Shown: piece by piece, positions 49,514 through 61,662 of the stretch
How the letters are laid out: each line of letters begins with the position of its first letter
Position numbering within the stretch: position 1 is the first letter of the stretch
Origin: Styela clava
Taxonomy: Eukaryota
Length of the DNA stretch: 64,000 nt
NCBI RefSeq assembly: GCF_964204865.1
Contig: NC_135251.1
Span: 15,500,001-15,564,000 of the forward strand
Direction: 5' to 3'
Notes under the pieces: generated by a model
Databases searched by the model: none
What the model saw: the letters and a program-made list of their open reading frames with translations, nothing else
Told to the model about the DNA's origin: nothing
Translations under genes and position numbers: made by a program

Positions 49514-50247
49514 CAACTTTGAGTCACGACCCATTACAGCATTATCACAAATAGGGATCTCATATATGGGGTTTTAAATATTTTGGAATAATTATTGAAT
49601 TAATTTGATTACAATAACTGAATAAAGGAACAATTAGATACAGGTATCTAAAAACATGTTCTATACTACAGTACTAGACAAGTCCAAAATGAACATGGTA
49701 TCATATCAAACCGTGATCAAACAAAGAAGCTCAGTACAGGCAGGCAAGCAGCACTGCAGACCGGTCTGCCGGTAGCAGTACCGGTGCAGGGTTGTTCAAA
49801 CGGGAAACTTCTGAACTGAACAACGCGAGTTATGGAATAATCACCTGTCAGGTTTCAGCCTTTGCAGCTTTACTCAAAACATAACTGAATAGCATAACAG
49901 GAGTGAGAAATTGAGTGAAAAACGCAAGTATTTTACAGTTTCTGATGCTATTATTCGGGATCGTGTAGTCCCGGTCTTGCCTATGTCATTCCTAACCTCC
50001 ATCTAACTACAGAACTACTGGACTGCGTACGTCATCCAAAAATTATGTCACTACTACGACACAGTGACTTAATGAGGTCCGCCTGGATATCATATAAGGA
50101 TGGTCATCCAAAATGCCCAGGCGATCACCTCAAATCGTGAAATGATTCACTTAACGAGGAAAACAGAGAGTACGGTACGACCTTGTACGCCCTGTACATG
50201 ATGTAGCTTGTTTAATTTCAGGTGATCGTCTGTACCGCTAAACATGG

Positions 50248-50709
50248 CAAGTGCAGTTTTAAGTATTCTGTGGCATCTGCAGCTGCCGCAAAACCATGGC
50301 GGTATTTCCATACCATGGCCGCTACGGCCAAACTCATGGCAACTGACTTTTTAGCTGCCACAAATCAATGTCGAGCTGCCGTTACCGCGGCAGCAAATTG
50401 AAAACCAATGGCAGGTAAAATTTTGCTGCCGTAACCGCGGCAGGTGGGCCGTAAAGACAGGGCTGTCTATTATGGTGACAAACATTGGGTAAGTTGGAAC
50501 GTTTTTCTTATGGATACAGTTTTAATTGATTTGGGGTTAGGGTTAGGGTTTAAGTAGATATAATTCCACATGATCAATTAAAATCTGGTACATTAATTTG
50601 TGAATATACCGTTAATACTGAATACTGAATAGCGCTATAAAACCATGGCAAGAGCTGCCGCGGTTCGTTCGTGGCAGGAGCTGCCATGAAGTGGTAGGAA
50701 CTGCGCCTC
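50248..50709. mobile_element. Unclassified 8-bp-TSD element with TTAGGG core, copy 2
   Basis: Ends CAAGTGCAGTT / AACTGCGCCTC; TSD AAACATGG; ggggttagggttagggtt core. Confidence 0.85.
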
Positions 50710-51505
50710 AAACATGGTTGCCACTTTTGTCTGAATAAAACATCTAGATGAGGGGTCGGCAACCCTTGGCATTTCTCATTAGGCCGCGAGCCGAGGCCCT
50801 GAAAAACGCCTAGAAAGTTAGTTTCGTAGCGCACATCAGGTAACTACCTGAAAATGATTTAAATAGGTTAAATGATTTTAAATGAAAATGATTACAAAAT
50901 GTTAAAAATTTAGAAACAAATATTGCCTTGTTCCCACTTCCAAAAGTTGCACGTTTTACGGAAAAGACGCTTTTACTACAAGAAATATGTGCTACGATCT
51001 GTCCTATATTCTCTACATTTTCGGCAAGGAACAATGACTTCTGTATGACGTAACAATTGAATCGAATCAGCTGTTAGCGAACGGATGAATATTAGTTATT
51101 ACTGCTCGACCTTGCGTTGAGTTGGGCAGCCTTTCCATAGTCCTGTTTAGTTATTATTAGTTAAGTTATGCTAAGACGTTGTTGAAAAATGTTTAAGTAA
51201 GTTATTAAACACTTGTAGATACTTACCGCGGATATGGGCCGTGAGACGAAGCCTTGAAAACGCCCAGAAAATGAGTTTCGTAGCGCACATCTGGTAACTA
51301 AATAAATTCTTCAGTTTTGTGTGAAAATGAACATACTGAACGCATTACAGCTTGTTCCACAATCCTGATGCGAAATTGAATATAAGAGGTTCCCGGAAAT
51401 TCAATAACCATAATAATACAAAATATCGATCAAATTTGAAAGACTCGGAACCAGTACTGAGACCTACCGAAATTTTGTAGTGAAGCCATTTTTTTGCAAT
51501 GACAT

Positions 51506-51811
51506 ATTCCCTTCCTAGTCAGTTATTGATAAAATAAGTACTTATTGTGTGCAAACTGTCTGAGTGATGAATTCCGTGTTTTCAGTAATTCATGCTTCTG
51601 GAGGACCTTTCACAATAAAAAAAATCATATATAATTGAATATATTTTTTGTAGGCTATTCCCTTTCTAGTCAGTTATTGATGAAATAAGTTCTAATTGTC
51701 TGCGAACTGTCTGAGTGATGAATTCCGTGTTTTCAGTAATTCACGCGTCTGGAGGACATTTCACAATAAAAAAATCAATAAACAATTGTATATATTTTGA
51801 GTAGGCTATTC
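51506..51811. repeat. Tandem duplication of about 150 bp
   Basis: 'tattccctt.ctagtcagttattgat..gtctgagtgatgaattccgtgttttcagtaattca..aggctattc' occurs twice in tandem. Confidence 0.85.
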
Positions 51812-52351
51812 GAGATTCAATTCAAAAATGATATTTGATTCGATTCCTAAATCTTTAGGTATTCGAAAATGCCTAGGTATGGTAATTATTTAGCTACTAC
51901 ATTTGTAAGATGTAAACATATACGGTTTTTGGACTTTTTATGTCATCGAAGCAATAACATTGCCACACGTTCAATGGATGTAAAAACAGAACGCAAAACG
52001 GTATTAGTCATCACTGTTTCCATTTGATGTCACTGCATTCTATGCCAATAACGCGGCTAGTTACCCTGACATGCAACGATTGATTTTTTTCGAGAACCGG
52101 TGCCGATACTCGGTAACTGACTTTTCGTTCGCGCATTTCAATTCGATCCCTCGGGCATAATATTGCTTGTTGTACTAGATAAGAAAGTTTGATTAGGCAC
52201 AAATTAATATTAGTACCGTATATGTATTTCGAGGCTGTGCAGACGTACTATCGTGGCATCTACAATTTTCAGTCCAGAAACCGTTTTTAACATCGTACAT
52301 GAGACTGGAATATTATTCTGTATAGTCTTCAGAATCTGCTTTGTTGGTGCT

Positions 52352-55300
52352 ATGAATATAAGAAGTGTATTCTACAAACTTGAGCATGTAAAATTACGTA
52401 CTGTATTTTTCGTATTTGTTGCTTCGTTCACCGGACTTATTATTTCTTGGACGACTTTTGTGACTAACAATTATCACGATAGTCACGACTTCTTAGCGTT
52501 AACTCGCTTACGTCGATTATTGAGTGGGCCTTCTCCCAGAAATGTTGTCATTATCGTTTCAAATCGCCGTTCGGGAACAACGTTTTTAGGGAAAATATTT
52601 AGTCAAAAACAGGAAAGTTTTTATTTGTTCGAACCGCTTCTTCCCTATACAACGGAATGTAATACGCTGAAAGATGAACGAGTTACCACACTGACAAAAT
52701 TCCTGGACTGCAATTTTTCATCTGTCTATGAAGATTATGAAAAAGCTTTAAAAATAACTGGATATTCAGACAAATATTCAAAATGTATGCAACATACTAC
52801 TTGCTTTGCGGATAAAAATGGGGCATTGCTAGATGACTATTCTCAACTCTGTGGCAATAAACAAAATACATTGGGTGATGAATATTTTGACCCGGAGTCC
52901 GAAGAATGCGGTTATCCACTTAAACCACATCTCCTTTCTGAATTGTGCAATTCAGCGAGTATTGTAGCTTACAAAATTGTTCGTGTATGCTCGTTAGAAA
53001 TGCTGGAGCCGTTATACAGACATCTCACTATGAGAGGACACCGAGTATTTGTTATTCATCTTCTTCGAGACCCGAGGTATAATAGTAGAATGAGCTATAG
53101 AAGTATAATATTAGAAACAACTGTATCACAATAGTTTTCAGTCCTTCAACTATGTAGGTAGAAATAAAGATTTTTGTTCAAAATATCGGCCTTTTTTTAA
53201 AAAAAGATATCGTTCTACTAAACAAACCCTATTCAATTAGCCAACTTGATGCACTGAACTATATAATTTGGAACAACGGTCTCCACTCACCATATCCTCA
53301 ATTATGTATTTCAGGGCCGTTTTGGCGTCCAGATTACAACTCGGATTAGATGGATTAAATAAGACCACGTTCCTAAAAGAAACTAGATCTTTATGTGAAA
53401 GATACAGAACAAATATTAATTATGCAAATCGAATGAATATTTCTGAAAAAAAAGAAATAGGTAGGTCTTATTTCAATTAATAACAAATTTAGGTAGCACT
53501 GCATTGAATTCCATAATTGTTCATTATGTCTTCTATTCATAGCATGACGACGCCTTGGCACTCGCGAATTTTAGCGCCCTCATACGGATTGCACCCGCGG
53601 ACATCTGCACCAGCGTACAACGTTTGCACCCAAAAATTGTAATATAACATTGGTTACTGTCTCCAAGTTTTTACAGTCCTATTTAAGGTAATAATCCGAC
53701 CCCGTATCGACCTTTGTTACGGTCACTTCCTTACAACGGAATAACGCGAACGTACTGCAATCCTGTCATGAATCGTACACCCCCTTGACCTACTCCCTCT
53801 ATCGCGCTGTTTGATTAGTTCACGCAGGCAATTACACCGTATGAAAACTGGCTACAAGCTAAGTAACTGCACTGGTGAAACGTGCGCCGACAAGGAATAG
53901 TAATAAAGTTAATAAGAAAAAGGGGGAGAACGGGAAACTCGGAGAAGCAAGATGTATAATTCAGGCCTGCCCAACCTTTTTCGTCTCGCGGGCCACTTTC
54001 ACGTGGCGAAATCGGTCGCGGGCCGCAAACGCTTGTACCAAACATTAATACCAGATGAGTCCTGATTTTGGTGTAGGTAATAACATAATACATAAAAGGC
54101 GGGTTTATTAACACGAAATCAATCAAATGAATATTTGCTTTCTGGTTACTGGGTAGGGCTGCCAAATTATTCGAATATTAGAATAGCGGTTTACTATTAA
54201 AATATCTGGTAAACGGGGCGTGGACATAACACAATCGGGCGACCGAATCAAAGAATCAATCATTACACAACACACTTGCGGTTTTTTGGCGACCACGCAA
54301 GAAACACACACATCACGTCAAAGTTGAGTGTTATATTTGCGTTATAGTGTTTTTATTCATTTATTTTCAGTAGCTACGATACTGCTTTAATGTTTAAATG
54401 AGCATAATGTGCGTCAATGTCGTGGCAATATCAAGTTTTAGTGGGCCGTATCGTAAAATTTGAAACACCAATACAAGTATTTAATTAATGAAGTAACATA
54501 ACGAAGATTTCTGAACGAATAGTCGATAAATACTGATTTGTGACTAATTAGTAGCATTGCCATTACGTCAATTTCATCAGAATTATCGACATTCCAAAAT
54601 CTTATTTAACGCGAACATAACATGAATAAAAGTACAAACATAAAAAGACAACGAGTCCGGGGACCAGTACCCAAGATATTGTTGACTTTTTATTTCACGT
54701 TGGCGATAAAAACGATCAGAGCCGACACGAAAGAAAGCAATCAGAATGAAATTAAATTGCAAACTTAGGCTCCAAGTTCATTCCTATATTTGCGCTCAGC
54801 GTTTGTCCCCAATTATCGCACAATATCTTTACAGTTCGTCGAACAGAGTGCACAGTTTTGCGATAAATAAAAAAAATGACCTTTATGTCCATCAGGGTGC
54901 AAGACTTGACACATACGTAAAAAGAAAAAAAAAACATTTGAACGTAGATAGATGGCAGGAATAATTACACCAAAATCACGAAAGATACTATTGTATAGGA
55001 AAATGTATGTAAAAATTTAAAAAGTCTGCTCACAAACTTTATAGGGCGGGCCGCGAAAAACACTCCGGGCAGCCCTTGACAGCCTTGATGTATATCAACC
55101 AAGTATTTTACGACACGGGGGCTTAGTTTGTATTGTTGCGTCATAATGGGATCCACTGCTATTATATATGTTTTTAACGTTTCCAGTTATTTCTTTAAAT
55201 AACATTTTTGCTATGAAAACTCGCTATTTTGACTTGCTTGTTGAGGACACGCCGAAATCTTTCGTGTTTATCAAGTTGATAATTGATACAAATACTCAAG

Positions 55301-58300
55301 GTGAGCACAGGTACAAATATCTGTGTGTGCAAATGTCCATGGGTGCAAAAGTCCGTGGGGGCAAATGTCCGTTGGTGCCGAATGCAATTCAAGGACGGAC
55401 TTAGCAATAATATATTTTATCTCTAATTACTTTTCAAATTTTAAAAATTAGGGTTCGAAAATTTTGAATTTTGTTATATTTTTAATCAGGTTCAAAAGCC
55501 TACATGTTTGAAAGCTGAAAAATTCAAATCGGTCAAATATATGAATTTGGCTAAATTTGAAAAACTACTATTTTAATTTATTTCAAAAATATTAAAATAG
55601 CCTTCAAATTAATTAAACTCTTTTTACCCTCGGAATGCATTTATTTTTTGAAAAATATAAGAAATAACAACAACTGTATTAATTTATCTACGCAGCAATG
55701 AAACTGAAAGCAGCAAGCTGCAAACTGCAGCAATGAAATTTTTAAATTTTTTGATATCCAGGGATCTTTTTTATCGTGATGAGATGATGATTATATTTAT
55801 CAGTAATGTTTTTTGTTTGTCAGTTTTAACCCTCCCTCTCAGGACTAGAAAAGGGTGATATGATACCAACGCACATATATAAAACTTCGTATTCCTATCA
55901 AGTATTTCGAAAATTCTGTTATGGTAACATAATAAATTCTCATAAAAGGTTGTATGATGTCACTGTGGGAAGGGAGCCTGACAACCGAAATAGCCGAGTG
56001 CCTTCTGTCGTCTAAATCTACCCCTGGTGCAAATGCGTGGGTGCAAAGATAATCGAACCATGAATCCGGTAGTGGGAAAATCCGGGAATTTAGTCGTTAT
56101 ACAGTTCGGATTCAAAAACATCCTTTCAAACTTGCTGCAGTCGATATTGCATAATTTCAACTCGAGATTGAATAACTTACTCAGTACAAGCAAAGTCTAT
56201 ACAGTTAAATTTTTGTTGTCCAGACTCAGGCTATACAATATTTGGACCTCCTGAAGTATGCGCACCAAGATGGCGCACAACCTGAACACAGGTTGTGTAC
56301 CAGGTTAGGGTTCAGATTATGCGACATCTTGGTGCGCATAGTTCCAGAGTACCCAATATTTTATATCCAGAGCCATTGTAAACAGAAATATTTTCCAGGT
56401 TCATACGAGGAGAACGTTGTCACTGACGGCCGTTATATGAGAATAAGATATGAAGATTTTGTGTCGGACGCGGTTGGAGTTGCTTACAAAATATATGAGT
56501 ATGTTCTTTCTAATATTTGTCGGTTTGTTCGTGTTTGTAGGCGCGTAATTATACCGAAGTCATACCTCAAGAATTGCCCGATATTTAAAAGCATTGTGAA
56601 TGCATCTTGGATTGCTACAAAACATTGTCATGACGCCAGTCCAGATAAACCCGCATTTTGATTCGAATCTTACGCTGAAACTCACATTTGTTGACCCAGA
56701 CTATTTTCGTGCATGTCCCACACTTGATTACTACGCAGTTTTAATAGCATTGCTCTGTTTTTTCTTTGCATTTCAGTTTTATGGACAGTGATCTTCCACC
56801 AGAGGTTGAATCATGGATTCGTAGTTCTCAAGTGCACTCTGGCACTCTGATACAGCAAGCCGCGCAGAGAAAAGACAAGTCACTAAGAGAAAAGGTCCCC
56901 TCTAATATAAATAGCTATACTATGATTATTGGACACGTTAGTGAACCTATGGATCGTTTCAATATTATGTTGTTGTTCTTTGACACTTTTTGGACACCTA
57001 GTGGAAAATCTAAAAAGTCGCTTTTCTCTTTGATTACTGGACTAATTGCTTTGAAATTTTTAGTGCTTAAAGATGAAATTTTTATCCAGAAGGCTATTAC
57101 CTTTATTGGACACGTAGTGAACAAAACGATCGTTTTGTTGTTATGTTGTTCTTGTTGTTCTTTGACACGTTTTGAGGGGAACCGCTTTTTTTTTGATTAC
57201 TGGACCAATTGCTTTGAAATTTTCAGTGAGTAAAGATTGATGTTTTTGCCAGAAGGGTATTACTTTTATTTATTTCTAAATTTCGCATGAAAGCTGATAT
57301 TTCGTTCAAAATTGCGCTGTATTATTTTATCCATGGGAACACTGGCTGTCCGGTTTGATTCTGTAAATTAATTCTACGCGAAGCTCGGATTTTTTTGTGG
57401 GTACCGGTAGCGTCAAAGGTAAGTACTGCTTCGCTCTGGTTAACGTGTCCATATATTTGAGCATAGCTTTCTTGTTTATTTCAAATATTTCTGTTGGCTC
57501 TGTGCTGGCACTCCTCTTCATGTCTTTTGATCACGTGCCATTGAACGTCGTTGGTTCATAATGGAATCCTTGCTTTGCTAAGATTTGAGGAATGGTGAAT
57601 GGCGAATAATGCCGTACTTGGTGTTATATTTAGGCTTACTATACGTCCCGCTTTAGGCGAGACAGTCCCCCCTTTCAGCGTTTTGTCCCGCCGTCTAAAC
57701 TAATTCATAGCCGTCTGGTAAAAGGGGGGCTTGTTTTTTTTTATTTTGTTCCAATAATGGAAAAGGGAATGAAACGGATTACTTAGTATATCAATTCATG
57801 TTGGAATTGAATAGAGAAGAGTAGATCATTGTCACGGGACATGTGAAATGTAATACGGTAGATATTTGACTCATATCAAAAGATATTTCAATTGATGTTT
57901 CAATATAATCAAGAATATTGGATCATTGTCACAGGACCTAAAATATCTATGACAGTCCCTGTACCGTCACAGTACCCCGATACATGTACTGGTAAGTTAC
58001 CGCATATGATTTTTGGGGAATTATTCTGCGTGTCCATATATTTGAGCATTGCTCTCCTGTATTATTGACAATTATGATCAACATTGCCCCACCCCAAAGG
58101 TCCATATTTCTAGGATTTTATGAAACTTGTTTCACTGGAGCTCCTGTGCTTTCATGGGTCAATGTGTGATGCTTGTTAATAATATTAAAACATATAGGCA
58201 AATGAAATATGTCAGAAAAAAGTAAGATATAACTAGGGAGCCCAGTGGCACTTTTAAATGCGATAACGGGTGGAATATTTATTGATATATTTATCTGAAT

Positions 58301-58605
58301 CCCGTGCCGAATCGCACATGTTTGCGCATCAAGGAAAATATTCTCTCAAAGTTTGTTTTTCACTGTAGCCGTAACGATGCTATCATCTTTGTTAAAAGGC
58401 TACACAACGTCTGGGAGAATTAGTCCACCCGTTTGGCACAACAAGAGATCCCAACAAAGTTTTACGGAAATGGAGATGGTTTTTCACATTTCAGTACATT
58501 GAAATCGTGCAGCAAGAATGTCGAGACGTAATGAAGGAGCTCAATTATGATCAATTTCACTCGTATAAAGATTTATTGAATTTTTCAATGCCATCTTACC
58601 ATTGA
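52352..58605 (+). CDS. Golgi type-II carbohydrate 6-O-sulfotransferase (CHST1/GlcNAc6ST-like); exons 52352-53076, 53315-53460, 56399-56498, 56777-56894, 58399-58605
   Basis: N-terminal TM segment; 5'-PSB 'IIVSNRRSGTTFLG'; 'FYLFEPL'; 3'-PB 'HLLRDPRAVLASR'; 'YMRIRYEDFV'; C-terminal 'FGTTRDP..KWRW..VQQECRDVMKELNY'; phase-compatible GT-AG junctions. Confidence 0.85.
53557..55380. mobile_element. Degenerate composite of MITE fragments in sulfotransferase intron 2
   Basis: ttgcaccc arrays at 53585-53632 and inverted gggtgcaaa arrays at 55310-55378; hAT-like end CAGGCCTGCCCAACC at 53962; TAGGGCTGCC at 54154; TSDs not resolved. Confidence 0.5.
56244..56353. mobile_element. 110-bp fold-back MITE with TTAGGG core
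   Basis: GG..CC ends; long inverted arms tatgcgcaccaagatg / catcttggtgcgcata; perfect TSD CAATATTT; ggttagggtt inside. Confidence 0.85.
56926..57265. repeat. Imperfect tandem duplication of about 175 bp in an intron
   Basis: 'ttattggacacg..gatcgttt..gttctttgacac..ttgattactggac.aattgctttgaaatttt..ccagaagg.tattac' occurs twice. Confidence 0.75.
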
Positions 58606-58802
58606 GATATTTTATTTATCCTCACACATTTATTGAATATCAAGATGTGCAGCACACGATTGACATTGCCTAACAAACTCTTTATTCAACAATAACATTT
58701 TTACTGCTTAATATGCTAAATTAATAAAATACTCGACAACAACGGCCTTTAGCATCAGTTATAACTGAGATTCATTCGTTCAAATCTTGCTTTACCGTAG
58801 AC

Positions 58803-59816
58803 CAGCGTTTCCCAACCTCTTTTTGTCGCGGTCTATTTTCTCAACGGCGGAAACCTCTGCGGACTCAAGGTGCGTTTATTCCAACCGTACTCTGTGTGAA
58901 GAAGTAATATAACCAAACATAACAGAATTTTAACAAATTTCAAGATTGGAAATTCGTCGTTAGAAAAATTCTACTATTTGCGATAAATTTTCAGAAAGTA
59001 GAACTTGATTTAGTACTTATTAAAATTATTAGTAAATCAAAAATACATATATATTCACCGCCTTGCTTTATTATTAATTTAATCATGATTATTTTAATCT
59101 GCGGTTGTGTTGACGAAATAAAAGCAATACTACTCAGAAAATATCATGACAATCCGAGGACACAAAAATGCGTGGTAAAGTGCCCAATTATGTTTTGTCT
59201 GATTCGCATTTTTGTGAATTCGACAAATCTTAGCTGTTCGTACAACACTTACGGCGCTCCAGTACTGTACATACCAATGTGGGGACAGTAAAGCAAAAAA
59301 TTCTAAGGAAAAAGGCATTAGTACGTATACTGCGGTAGAACCCGAAATTTTGCGATTTGCAATGTCCAAAAAGCGTTTTTGATCGGTGGTGGACCATTAT
59401 AAAACGTATGGTGTTTTCCGTTTTATTTTTAGTATTTTGAATTATTGCTTTTCAATTTAGAAAATTTGGATTGCCACCATTGACAGCTATCAGAATAAAA
59501 TTTATTCCTCGTAGTTCGAACTCGCGAGAAACACCACTTAGATATCAATCGACGCGTGTGCCGACTCATGTTTTCGTCGGAAATCCGCAAGTGAGTTGTG
59601 AAATCCAACTGATTGAAGGGACGCGCAAGTGACCTGCCGCTTCACCTGTTACAAAATTTTTGAATAGTAAATTGCTTTTCTAACAGTTGAATATTCGAAT
59701 ATATGCTCAGTAACCAGTAATTATTGACTCGAATAATGGTATGTGAATAAACTTGCTTTTTATTCAAACACTCCGCGGACTCATTTGAGACCGCGGACTC
59801 GGGTTGGGAAATACTG
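58803..59816. mobile_element. Non-autonomous hAT-type transposon
   Basis: TIRs CAGCGTTTCCCAACC / GGTTGGGAAATACTG; perfect TSD CCGTAGAC; gcggactc subterminal repeats. Confidence 0.88.
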
Positions 59817-60754
59817 CCGTAGACTGTAGGGGGACCAACGGGGCAGTGTGCATCGCATCTGTCGGCTTGTGAAATATTTAAAAGTTATGTATCAGATTCA
59901 TGTAACACCAGCAGTGTTAATGTTGCTAGTGACATACATTGATAAATATGACGTTTGAATTGTACTTATCATGTAATCTTTGTTTTACTGTTGTACTTTA
60001 TTGCTATAACTTAACATGGTTTTCTGAAATGGGGGCACCTGTTACTAATGATTTCAAAACAAAACCCTTCTCTAAAATTTTGAATCTCTTCACTGGATAG
60101 CAGTATTCAAACACTTACTCCGACACGGTAGATTTTCATCGTTGCTCTACTTGGACTGGGGCGTTCCTCACGGTGGCTTTGTAGGTCAGAGAGACAGAGA
60201 CTTATAACCAACACTTCGAAGAGGGTATAAGGTTTTGTATGCTACACCGTGAAGGTAACAACAAATTTACTAGCTTTCACAATATGTTTATTAAGGTAGG
60301 CATCGCCGAAACAAGAATATACTTCCAGGCAACACGTATAGTATTGGTTTTGAGATAGCAGTTACAAAATAGCAAATAAACATAAATTGGAGAGTTTTGG
60401 GAAATAGTGTGCTTTGAAAATCCCGACTAAACGTTATTCTCAGATACATTGTCACGGGGTATCTCAGGTTTTATATGAAATATGTTGGTCATAAGTAAAG
60501 TTTTTTGTATCCTTATAGAATATAGAGCGATATCAAATTATGTAGACACCGGTTTAAATGAACGCATTCGGATACCTACAGTTGGTATTCAAATAATTTC
60601 GTCCGGTTACCAGACTATGTCGAGTATGGAGATAGTTAACTATAGTCATTCTTTAAACATCCATGCACTTCTTGGCGGCAAAGCCAACTTATGACGGAGA
60701 AGAAAAAAGGGAGTTTTCACGCGCAGAATTGGGATTTGAATCTGCCCATAATAA

Positions 60755-60808
60755 TAATAGAGGAAAGCCGATAAAGCGGCTTAACCATATGGCTAACCAG
60801 GCCGCACC
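60755..60808 (-). mobile_element. Short 3' fragment of SINE family A
   Basis: Reverse complement 'ggcctggttagccatatggttaagccgctttatcggctttcctc' matches 16446-16494. Confidence 0.55.
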
Positions 60809-61662
60809 AAGTTCGCGATAAATCCATATTTGGGCATTATATGCTGTCAAACTGACAGTGAATTTTACTTACGTAAGCATTTTTAATAATTTCCCATTCC
60901 TAACATGCAGCGGCCTTTAGACAAAAGTTGACCATTCGAATCAGGCTGTTTAAACTTGTTATCATGGTAAAGCGTCCTACGATCTTTTTTTTTTAAACGC
61001 CTAAAATGAAAAAAATTTATAATATCCCATTGCCGTTCGTTTCTGTATCTCAATTTCATATCATGAAATAGTACATTTTCTTACAATACACAGAGCTTGA
61101 TGATGTTTGAGAATAATAGGGAAAATGATTTCGAACAATTAGGTCAGAATGGCATTAAGTTTTAAAGGTCTAATGACACGCGATTGAAAAATAATATTGA
61201 AGCGATTTATGGATTTAATGAAGATGTTGCCGCCTTCTGTCGTCTGTCGATTTCGTTTAAATGCCACACAAAACAAAAGAGTGAAACTCAGTCAAAAATA
61301 AATTCTAAATCAATAAATTTAGGTAATGAATAATTCAAAAATAATATATTTATTCAAAATGATAACTTTTATACAAAAAAATATAGAAATACATGTATAT
61401 TTTTGTCAATAACGAAATGAAGAAGATGGATTATATAAACATGGAACACCTAAAATATCAAATTTTATTACGAACTATTTGTTTGAACGTTCAATTTGGC
61501 TTGTCAGGCCAACATGGGATTGGTGTATAGTAAAAAAATGGAAAACGGTTCTTAAAAAAATGTTGTATTTAAGAATCGCGCATAATAACAGTCATTGAAA
61601 CAACTCAAATCTATAGTTTTCCATTTAAATAGTGATAAAAATAAATGATAAATACATCTATG

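Noticed and set aside
50530-50552. Interstitial telomere or chromosome-fusion scar
   Set aside because: Only 2-3 units, embedded in TSD-flanked elements
52253-52351. GTG-initiated extension of the sulfotransferase
   Set aside because: Eukaryotic gene; the ATG at 52352 gives a normal type-II membrane N-terminus
9786-59816. Autonomous transposase or reverse transcriptase gene
   Set aside because: No ORF with DDE or RT motifs found; all elements seen are non-autonomous or fragments
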